Below the pieces are notes generated by a model that was not told the origin of the DNA, searched no databases, and worked only from the letters and a program-made list of their open reading frames with translations. Shown here in pieces: positions 48,110 through 58,037 of a stretch of DNA of 64,000 bases; positions within the stretch are counted from its first letter, which is position 1, and each line of letters begins with the position of its first letter. Made by a program: the position numbers and the translations under genes. This DNA is from Cyanophora paradoxa CCMP329 (taxonomy: Eukaryota > Plantae > Glaucophyta), in assembly GCA_004431415.1 (NCBI GenBank), contig QPMI01000122.1:1-64000 (forward strand). Reading direction: 5' to 3'.

Positions 48110-51015
48110 TCACTCCTTGACGGTGACGGAGGGGAGGCGCTCGCAGACGCTCTCCCAGGTGACGGAGCCCTCGCAGAGGCCCCGGATGAGCGCCGGCATC
48201 TCCGCCATCTTCCCCCGCACCTGCGCCCCGGGGCGGTTCGCGGGCGGGGAGGGCAGGGCGGGGACCGCGGGGCGGGGCGGGGCGGGCCTGCTTGCAGGAG
48301 TCGCGCTCGCGGAGGGTGCAGGACTCGTCGGCGAGCGAGTCGAAGTCGATGGTGCACGCGAACGGTGTCCCCAGCTCGTCGAACCGCGCGTACCTGCCCC
48401 CCCCCCGGCTCGCCGCCGCCCCGCGCGGGGCCCGGCGGGGCGCGGCGGAGCGGACCGCTTGCCGATGGAGGTGGAGGAGTCGTCCATGCGGGTGGCGAGG
48501 CCGGCGGCGATGAGGCTGTTGTAGAGCTTCTGCACCAGCGGCGCGAACTTGTCGTTGCCCTGTCCCGGCGTCGGCCTCGCGGGGCGGGGCGGGGGCGGGG
48601 GCGGGGCGGGGGCGGCACCTGGAGGGGGAAGACGGCGCACTTGACGGGGGCGACGAGGGCGGGGAGGCGGAGGACGGCGCGCTGCTCGTCCCCCTCCCGC
48701 ACGTAGTACGCGTGCTCCAGGATCCCTGCCGCCCCCTCGCGTCACGCCTCGTCCCCCCCGCCGGCGCGCGGCGGGGCCGGCACCGGTCATGATGCGCCCG
48801 ATGCCGAACGAGGGCTCGATGACCGACGGGTAGTAGTTCCGCCCGTTCACTTTCTTCGTTGTCTGCGCGGCGCCTCGGCCCGGGCCGCCCCCGGCGCGCG
48901 GGGACGAGGCAGGGGACGGGGCGGGGCGGGCCTTCTTGAAGGCGACCATCTCCTTGGTGATGGTGGCGGCCTGGCCGGTGGCGAGGGTGACCGACGCCGA
49001 GCCGGCGGCGTCGAGCTGCACCTGCAGCTGCAGCGCCGCGTGCTCCTCCAGCGTCGTCAGGTGCTCCAGCACCTGCCCCGCCCTCAGCGGGGGCGCGGCC
49101 CGGCGCGGCCCGGCGCGGGCGGGGCGGGGGTGCCTTCTTGGAGTCGGTGCGGAAGGTGGTGCCGAGGAGGCCCTTGTTGGGCAGCGTCTCGAGCACCTCC
49201 ACCATCTGCCCCCCGCCCCGCCCCGCCCGTCACGCCACCGGCCCGCCCCGCCCGGCCCGCCGCGCCGCGCCCCCGGGCCGGGCGGGCGCGCCTGGGGCTC
49301 CTTGAAGTCCTCCCACGCCACCAGCTCCGTCTTCGACTTGTCCGAGTGCGCCTGCAGTGCCCTCAGCGCCGGGGCCGGGGCGGGGCGGGGCGGGGCGGGG
49401 CGGGGGGGGGCGGGCCTTGAGGTCGAAGCAGGCGCGGTCGGCGTGGCCGACGCACTCGACCCAGCCGATGGACATGCGGATCTCGGCGTCCCAGCAGTCG
49501 CACGCGTAGTGCGCCATCTCCGTGCTCAGGTGCTGCCGGAAGCGCAGGAACTCGGGCCGCACGCCGGCCCGCGTCATGAAGAGGTGCGTCCGCGCCATGA
49601 AGTACCCCAGCGTCTCGTTGTTGATCATCCCCGACTTCACCGCCTCCCCCACCTGGCCCGCCCCGCCCCGCTCAGCCCCCGCGCCGTGCCCGGGGATGCC
49701 GCCCCGCGCACCTTCATCTTGATGGTCTTGCCGGTGGTGAGCTGCGCGTCGCGCGGGAAGAGCTGCATCTCGATGTCCGCGATGCTGCTGAACTTCGCGT
49801 GCGCCTGCGCCCCGGGCGTCGGCGCCGCGGCGGCGGCGGGGCGGGCCGGGGCGGGCCGGGCAGACCTTGTCGTTCGGGTTCACGAAGTGCTCGATCTCGG
49901 CGAGCGTGAACTCGCGCACGCGGATGAGGCCCGAGCGCGGCGCGATCTCATTGCGGAACGCTAGGCCGATCTGCGCGCCGGCGAACGGCATGCGGCCGCC
50001 GTTGTGCTCCAGCAGCCGCTTGAAGTTGACGAAGATGCCCTGCGCCGTCTCCGGGCGCATGTAGCCGGTGAGGTTGCCGGACGGGCCGATCTGTCCGCCG
50101 GGCCCTCAGCGGCGGCGCGCGCGGCGGCCGGCGGCCGGGTGCCGGCGGACCTGGGTCTGGAACATCAGGTTGAACGGCTTGGGCTCGCTAAGGTCGTTGC
50201 CGGTGTCCGGAGCCTTCACGTTGTACTCCTTAAGCGCCTTGGAGAGCTGCTCCTGGCCCATGGCGCCGGCCTGGGCGCGGACGCGGTCCAGCTCCGCCCG
50301 GCGGGCCTCGGTCACGGTCGGCTCCGCCATCATCTTGTCAAGAACCTGCGCGGGCACGAGATAGAGAGTCGGACCGGCCCCGCCGCCGCGCGCGAAAAAG
50401 GAATGTGGCGCGGCGAGCCGCCTTAGCTATGCGGCTGGCGTTGGCTGATCGCGAGAGGCGCGCACGTCCTCGAGGATCTTGTCGGCGCGGTAGCAGTCAC
50501 CCGTCTTCTCGTCCTTGACGAGGAAGTCGTTGAACTTGTCGACGTGCCCGGAGGTCTTCAGAACCACCTCTGGCGTCACGGTCGTCGTGTCGACCTCGAG
50601 CATGTTCTCCTCCAGGACGAAGTGCTGGCGCCAGAGCTGCAGCATGTTCGCTTTGAACGCGCATCCCGGCGGGCCGAAGTCGTACAGGCCGCCCACGCCG
50701 CCGTAAATCTCGAACGCGGGCGCGATGAAGAATCGCCGCTTAAGGACGCCCTCGAGGCCGGCGCGGTCGAACGACACGGAGTCGCCGGCAGTGGACTTGT
50801 GATACAGCTTGACCTTCTGCTCGAAGTCCGCGCGCAGCCGCTTCAGCTCCTCGACGGCGGATTCGATCTTGGCCTTGTCGGCGCCGGCCTGCTTGAGCTC
50901 GCGCACTTGCGACGCCTGGGACGTGATCTTCGCGTTCAGCGCATCGAGCTCCGGGTTGCCTGCGGCGGCGTCAGCGGGAGGGCCTCGGATGAAGCGGGGA
51001 CGCACCCTCCGCCAT
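48110..51015 (-). CDS. GARS1: Glycyl-tRNA synthetase (eukaryotic alpha2 type) with an N-terminal WHEP domain
   Basis: WHEP-like [29 protein letters not shown]; [15 protein letters not shown]; RPETAQGIF; [23 protein letters not shown]; [13 protein letters not shown]; [11 protein letters not shown]; [13 protein letters not shown]. Thirteen introns. ATG 51015 MAEG|NPE. Confidence 0.97.
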
Positions 51016-51276
51016 GGTGAACGGCGCGCCCTTTCTAAACGGTTTGCTACTGAGCTGCCTGACTGCCGCGCTCGCTCCCGAACGAACAAGCCGGGCCGCG
51101 CGAACAAGCGGGAGCGCCGTGGCGTCAAATCGAGTGCCCCCCCTTCCGAGGGTTTCGGGGGTTTCAGCCGGAGCTCCGCGCACATTCTAGAGCTGCAGTT
51201 CCTCAATCAGGGCCCAGCCGGCAGCCTTCGGCCCGACCCCCTCGGTGCACGCCGCACGCGCGCCGTCGTGTGAGAG

Positions 51277-51988
51277 ATGCCCAGCAGCACAGCGTTCGCC
51301 TGCGCGCCGTTGGCGTCGATGCCGTCGACGTCTTTCGCCGCCGCGCCGTGCCCCAACCCGCTGCTCCGGCCTCTTGCGGTCCCCTCCGCTAGCTTCGTCC
51401 GGCGGCAGGCCACTCCCTCCGCCCCCGCGCTCGGCCGCCGGCCTGCTACTGCCGCGCCACAGCGCCACGCTTTCTACTGCGCGGCGGGTCCGGGTCCCGC
51501 CGGGGATGGAGCGGGGCCGGCCAGGATCCGCGTGGAGCGCCTGACACTCAACACCGTGAACCCTGAGCTCGAATCGCTCTCCAACAAGCTGCTGCAAAAT
51601 ATGGTTGAAGCTCAAATCTCCTTCCCCACGGAAATCTACCTGGTTGGCCGCGCCCCGCGTGCGCGGTTGGCAGCGCGGCCCGGTCCCTGAGCCCGCCGCG
51701 GCGCACGTGCGCAGAAGAGGCCCCGCAAGATGATCGGCATCTTCAAGATGCAGCCCTGGAACGGCCGGCACCTGGAGAGTGCGTGGGCTCCCCGTCAAGC
51801 CGGCGCGCATCCGCCCGGCAGCCGCCCTCCCCTGACGCGTGGGCGGGGGCGCAGTCGACGGGAAGACGTACAAGATCCTTGAATACACAAAAAGGTACAA
51901 GTTCTCGATCCGGGGCTACGAGCTCGCCGCCCAGCACGTCGTCGTCAAGAGCTTCGAGCCGGAGACGGACGACCCGCCCGTCGAGTAG
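51277..51988 (+). CDS. Predicted plastid-targeted protein resembling the N-terminal half of cyanobacterial DUF6464-family proteins
   Basis: Transit-like N-terminus MPSSTAFACAPLASMPSTSF.... Spliced C-terminal part FPTEIYL|KRPRKMIGIFKMQPWNGRHLE|IDGKTYKILEYTKRYKFSIRGYELAAQHVVVK. Two GT-AG introns; TAG 51986-51988. Confidence 0.65.
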
Positions 51989-52249
51989 CCCGCCGGCGGC
52001 CGCCCCGTTGCCTTCAGCCTGTACCATAGCCCGCGATGTAGAGCCCCCCCGGGCGGCGCTGTACAGCCCCCGCGCCGCCCCTTCTCGACCGCCGCCCCTC
52101 CGGGCCTGGCGCCGGCCAGTACGGACAATGTCCCCCAATCGCTCCCGGAGTCCATCAATGCGGCAGCTCCCTCCAGGCGACATCGTCGTTGGGGATGTAT
52201 GCGAGGAGCAGCAAAGCATCGAAGGGCCGCGGGGGCCAGGCGGGCGGCG

Positions 52250-54383
52250 TCACAGGGGCTCTTCCGGGGGCCGGCGGAGGGCCGGGGGCAGCTGCGGGGG
52301 GTCCCACTCGAAGGCGAAGGAGCGCTGCGCGTGGCGGAGGGCGTGGTACACGAAGAGCAGCAGCCTGCGGCCCCGGCCCGCGCGCATAAGGTTAGAGGCG
52401 GTGAGCGCTGCGGCGGGGCGGCGGGGCGGGGCGGGGCGGGCCGGTCGAGGTTGAGGCGGACGTCGGCGAAGTTGCGGACGATCTGCTGCTCGTTCTCCCG
52501 GTCCAGCCGCGTCTCCATCATCTGCACCGCGCCCGCTCGAGGCCGGAGGAGGCGGTGCCACGGTGTGTGGCGGGCCGGACCCTCGCGTGGTTGATGCGCA
52601 GCTCCTCCCGCAGCACCGGGTAGTAGTAGGACTTGATCCGGTGCTCCCTGCGCCCCGTCGGCGGGCCGCGGGGCAGCGGGGCGGGGCGCGGGGCAGCGGG
52701 GCGGGGGCGGCGCGGGGCGGACCAGGTCCAGACGTAGGCCTCCATGCGCTCGGAGCGGTGGGAGGAGACGTTGAACCAGTCGACGAAGACGGCGGCGGCG
52801 CCGGGGGCGAGGAAGGAGCCGAGGAAGGAGATGCCCCCGCACGGGCTCACCAGCACCGCGTAGCCCCGCATCAGCCGCGCCTGCTCGAGCACCGAAAGGC
52901 CCCGCGGGTCCACCATGTCGACCGCCACGCCGAGCTGCGCCGCCAGCGCCGCCGCCACCGCCTCGTCATCGAGGAGCTCCCGGCGGCCCCGCTTGCGCGC
53001 GAAGGCGACGCGCGGGGGGCCGGGCCCGGGGCCGGCGGCGGGGTCGACGCCGATGGCGGCGGAGAAGTGGTCGATGAAGGCGGGCCAGCGGCGGCCCTCG
53101 AAGACGAAGCCGCGGCGCGCCGTCCCCGCCACCAGGCGCCGGAAGCAGAGCAGGCCCTCCTCGGGGGCGTACAGGTGGAAGAGCGCCGGGCGCCGGTCCG
53201 TCACGCCCGGCCACATCTCCTGCACCGTCCGGCACGTCGTGTCGTTGAAGCTCTCGTACAGGCTGCGCCCCGTCAGGGCCGGCCGGCCGGGCGGGCGGGG
53301 CGGGGGCGGCGGGGCGAGGCGGGGGCGGCGGGCGCCTGCAGTTGTTCTCGAGGAGGACCTGGATGTCCCGCGTCTCGATGCCGAAGTCCCGCGTGACGAC
53401 CCACACCGGGAAGACAAAGTCCCCCAGCGCTGCCCCCGCCCCGCGCCCCGCCCCCTCAGCGCGGCGCCGCGGCCGGCGGGGCGGGGCCGTGCCGTGGCCG
53501 AAGTTGCCCGGCATGTCTGCGGGGCGGGCGAGCGGGCGGGCCGGGCGGTCAGTGCGGCTCCGGGGCGCGGGGCGGGCGGGGCGGGCGTGGCGGGCACAGA
53601 GGTCGAGGCCGTGGTAGACGTGGACGGCGGCCTCGTCGTAGATCGCCTCCGCCGGCACCGGCCCGTCCACGTGCACCGGCGCCCACGGGTACTGCCCGGC
53701 GCCCCGTCAAATTCATCGCAGGCAGAAGGTCGATGCCGTGCCCCGGACCCGGCGGCCGCACCGGCTCGCGCAGCTTCAGGCTCAGCAGCTCCCACGGGAA
53801 CTCGTCGATCACGTCCCCGTCGCTCAGCACCGGCTCCGGCCGCACCCCGGGCTCTTGGTAGTAGAGCACGAAGCTGGCGAACGCACGGAGCGGTCAGCGG
53901 CGCGTCGCCGAGTCGGGGGGCCGGCGAGGCGGGGGCACCTGTCGTTCCTCCGCATGCACACGTCCCGGAACAAGCACGTGCGGTCCCACCAGGTCTCCGT
54001 GTAGCCGCCGCCGCCCAGGCAGTGGTGCGACGAGTACCGCGGCCGCGCTCCGGCTCCATCGCACAGCTGCAGCGCTAGAAGCGCTAGGGAAACGATGGAA
54101 GCGGAGAGCGCCGCTGCTAGGGGCAACCTGCGAGGGCTTGTACGCGCGCTGGCCGCCGCCGCCGCGAACGGCAAGCGGGGCCGCGCGCGGGCCGCGCCCG
54201 CCGCCACGTTGCGCACGTTGCGGAGGTTCTACAGCGCTCGGCGCTCTCGCTCCGCTGCTGGGCACTCTGCCCGCTGTGCCCTAAGCGCGCGCGAGCTGGC
54301 GCTCGGCTCGCTGGGTCCGGTCAAGCGCTGTGCCTCGTCGCTTCGCTGCGAGCCTTTGGAGAGTATTCGTTGATGTTTTGCAT
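52250..54383 (-). CDS. Glycosyltransferase family 61 (DUF563), probable type II membrane protein; start codon uncertain
   Basis: Hydrophobic anchor LPLAAALSASIVSLALLALQL; CLFRDVC; NFGHALGD; RKRGRRELLDDEAV...LSVLEQARLMRGYAVLVSPCGGISFLGSFLAPGAAAV (GT61 core). First exon inferred through a TAG acceptor near 54230. Confidence 0.78.
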
Positions 54384-54625
54384 GCGAACGAGGCCCGTGC
54401 GCGCCGCGGCTTTGACTTGTCGCTTGGGGTACAACTTCAGCCTTCCAGAAAAAAGGCCGAGCCAACTCAGCGGTTAGTCCATCCGACCCCAGCAAGCACC
54501 TCTGGAGCATTTCCCCGGCCATTCTGCCCCGTTTCAAGCGCCGCCGCGCGTCGACAATTCAAATTCACCTGATCGCACTGAGGCCCTAGCGCCGCCCGGG
54601 CGCCAGCAGCACATTCGCAGAACAG

Positions 54626-55731
54626 ATGGCACGAGGCCGTGCCAAAAGCAAGCGCGCTGAACCGGCGGAGGAGCCACAGGACGAGAACCGGCCGCCGGAG
54701 TCCGAGGTTGCGGCACCCGACGACGAGGAGCTGCCGCAGCCGCTGGTGAAGGAGGCGCGGATCACGGAGTTCCTGGAGCCTAAGCCCGTCCACGTCACGT
54801 ACAGCAGGCGCGCCCGCGCGCCGGAGCGGCGAGCGCCGCGCCCGGCGGGCCGATGAACAGGGCGCGGGCGCTCGCGCAGGTATCGGACGAGGAAAGGGGA
54901 CGGGTTCACGTTCCTGGACCGGGAATCGGACCGGGAGAGGTGCGGGCCGCCGGGCGGGCGCCGCGGGGCCGGGGCGCGCAGCTGAGGCGGCGGCCGGCAG
55001 CGTGGTCTCGGGGGTCTCGAGGGCGAGCGGGAACTCCTCGCGGGCCAGCGAGAGCGCCCCGCGGGAGCCCAGGGCGCAAGGCGCCAAGCCCAAGCGCGCC
55101 AAGCGGCCGAAGAAGGTGCCCGGCGCCCCGGCGAAACAGTGGGCGTGGCGCGAGGGGCGGGGCCGGGGGCAGGCGGCGGTGCCGCGGGAGCTGGAGCGGC
55201 AGAGGGCGTACTTCGAGGGCGTCGACAAGCTCGAGCTCGCCTTCGTCGACGAGGACGAGCCCCCGCCCGCCCTGCCCCGTCCGCCCCGCCCCGCCCCGCC
55301 CCGGCCCACTCCGACGCGGCGCGGCGCAGCGCCGCGGGAGGTGGCGGAGCAGGCGCAGAGCCTGCTGCGGGAGGCGCGGGAGGAGCTGGCGGAGGGGCGG
55401 GGGCGCGGGGCGGGGCGGGCGTCGCCGGCGGGGGCCGGGGCGGGAGGAGGAGCGGGAGCGGGCGAGCATGGAGGCGCTGCGGGAGATCGAGGTCGACTTC
55501 GAGGCACTCCACCCGGCATCGGCGAGCAGTACCGCGCCTACCAGTCCGTCCGCCCCGCCCCGCCCCGCCCCGCCCCGCCCCGCCCCGCCCCGCCCCGCCC
55601 CGCCCCGCCCCGCCCCTGGGGCTGAGGGCGGGGGCGGGGCAGTGGTGCCGGAGGGGGCGCGCATGTCGCTGGAGGAGTACGCGGCGGCGGCCCGCGCCCC
55701 CCTCCAGATCCCCGACTCCCTCTTCGACTAG
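54626..55731 (+). CDS. Sororin-like cohesin regulator candidate
   Basis: DENRPP (KEN-box-like), TYSR spanning a GC-AG intron, and VPRELERQRAYFEGVDKLEL, which resembles the Sororin C-terminal motif (Q.AYF.E.D.FEL). One apparent 1-bp deletion near 55513. Confidence 0.55.
55551..55616. repeat. (CCCCG)n microsatellite, ~13 units, inside an intron
   Basis: Perfect pentamer run visible directly. The opposite strand (GGGGC)n fits the G-quadruplex pattern. Confidence 0.9.
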
Positions 55732-55880
55732 GCCCCGGGCCCCGCCCCGCCCCCTCCACCCCCCCTTCCCCGCTCCCCGCCCCCACTCTCCTCTCCTCTG
55801 CGTAAGTAAGTAACACGGTTTGCCTTGAGAGAGGAGGGAGGGGACCGAGGGGCGGGGCGGGGCGGGGGTGGGCCCCCCGG

Positions 55881-57688
55881 CTAGAGGGTGAAGAGGACGA
55901 GGGAGAGGGACATGACGGCGAAGCCGAGGATGACGAACGAGCAGACCAGCGTCTGGTTCCGCTCGCACCGCAGCGCCTGCGCCCCGACCGCAACTCATGA
56001 TCAGCGCCGGCGCCCGGCGAGGGCGGGGCGGGGCGCGGCGCGGCGGGGCCGGGGGCGGACGGTGGGGAAGAGCTCGAAGACGCAGATGAAGACCATCATG
56101 CCGCCGACCATCGCGAAGACGAAGCCGACCGCCAGCGGGTTCAGCTTCACGTTCGCGAAGATCGCCCACCCTGCCCCGTGCACGCCCCCGCGCTCGGCCC
56201 GGCCCGGGGCGGGGCGCGGGGCGGGGGCGGGCGGACCGATGCCGGCGCCGAGGGGCTCGGAGAGGCCGAGGACGAGGCCCCAGGCGAGGGCGCGCCACTT
56301 GCTCCCCGTCGCGTGCACCATCGGCACCGCCACGCACAGGCCCTCCGGGCTGCCGGGCTCCCCGCGTCAGCCGCCGCCGGGGTTCCGGGCCCCGGCCGGG
56401 CCCGGGGACGGGCATGAGCGGGGCCGCTCACATGTTGTGCATCGCTGGCGGCCGGCGCAGGGCGGGGCGGGGGGTGCGGTGAGGGGACGCGGGCGAGCGC
56501 GGGGCGGAGAAACGCGGGGGAGGGCGGGCACCGACGGCGAGCCCTATGGAGAAGCCGACCTGCGCGCAGGAAGCACGTCGCTTCGGGCGGAGAGGGCGGC
56601 GGGGCGGGCGGGGCGGGCCTTGGCGTCTGCGACGGTGGCGACGAAGGAGACGAAGCCCTCCGGGATGTTGTGCAGCACGATCGCGATCCCTGCGCCCCGC
56701 CCCGCCGCGGCCGTCGGCACGCGCCGCGCCAGCGGCGGGCCGGCGGGCGGGCGGCGGCGGGCACCGGCGATGATGGCGGTCCGGTTGAGGGCCCTGGGAG
56801 CTCCTGCGGGCCCGCCCGTGAGGCGCGCGGCGGAGGGGCGCGGGGCCGGCCGCGCCTTGTTGACGTCAATGACGACGAGGTCGTTGGCGCTCGGGGCCGG
56901 CGAGCCGCCGTCGGCGCCGGCGCGGGAGGCGGCGCGGCGCTCGAGAGGGGCCTCCCCGTCCCCGCCCCCGAGTCGCGCCGCGTCGCCCCGATGACCGAGG
57001 CCGCGAGCCGCTCGTCGCCCGGCCCCCGCCCCGTAGAAGCGGAAGCCGGCCCGCCCCGCCGCCCCGCCTCGGGGTCCGGCAGCACCTGCCCCGGCCCGCC
57101 CCGGCGTCGGCCCCCGCGGCGCGCGCCTCCCCGCGGCCGGCGGGAGCGCGCACCTCCTCCAGGCTAGGCTCGTGGTAGATCCTGTGCACCGCCGCGCCGA
57201 GCGCAGCAATCACTGCGGCCGATCGCGACGCCGAGTGAGCGCGGGCGGTTGGCGGGCGGCGCCGGCGAGATGGGAGGCGCTGGGCGGCGCGGACCGAGCA
57301 TGCCGAGGAAGAACGCGCCGGTGGCCGCTCCGAAAGCGAGCGTTTCGCTCTGCATGCCGAGCTTGAACTCATCGACCGCGTGGCCCCAGAGCTCGACGTA
57401 TGTGACCTGGATCATGACACCTGCGCGCGCGGGGTGTCTGGCGTGAGATTCTCGCTTCCGCGAGCAGGCGGGCTCCAGCTCGCTCGCCGCCCGCACCGGT
57501 GCTGAAGGCGAGGCCGCACGCCAGGAACCGTCTCGACACGGCAGCTATCGGGACCAGGACGAGGAGGGAGCCCAGGACCGTCGCAAGCCCTGCACGCAAC
57601 CGTCAAGCGCCTTCGTAACGCGGCGAGCGCCTCCGGTCCGCGAACCGGCCCCGACGGCGATGCCGAACGCGACAGCCTCGTTCGACAT
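55881..57688 (-). CDS. ZIP-family metal (zinc) transporter, ZupT/GufA-like
   Basis: MSNEAVAFGIAVGA|GLATVLGS; GVMIQVTYVEL; GIAIVLHNIPEG; HN.PEGLCVAVP; LGLSEPLGA; VGGMMVFICVFELFP; GFAVMSLSLVLFTL*. Confidence 0.9.
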
Positions 57689-58037
57689 CGCTGACCGGGG
57701 GTGAGCGCCTGTGAGCTGTGGCTCTCCTGGCCTTCCGAGCGAGTGGGCGACGATTCGAGAGCTCTAGGTCTGAGATTCCTTCCACGGCGAGCGGATCAAA
57801 TCACTCAAAGTACCCGTCGTCGAGGATAAGTCTGACACGGTACCGGTCTATGCGAACAGTATACGGCCTAGTTTGAAGCTTCCAAAGGTCAACAGCTCTC
57901 AGGAGAACGCAGCATCAGCGCTGGTGCAGGCCCCCTGGAAGAGCGCGCCGCGCATCACGCCGCCACTTTCGCCCGACGTCCCATCGAAATCAGCCCGGCG
58001 CAAGTCGCCTCGATCCGGTCTACCCGCGACGCCGCGC

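Noticed and set aside
50960-51185. Upstream ATG (51185) plus intron-1 retention giving an organelle-targeting extension on GlyRS
   Set aside because: It is in frame, but the ATG lies only ~90 bp from the divergent gene's start and intron 1 has strong signals. Unsupported without TSS data.
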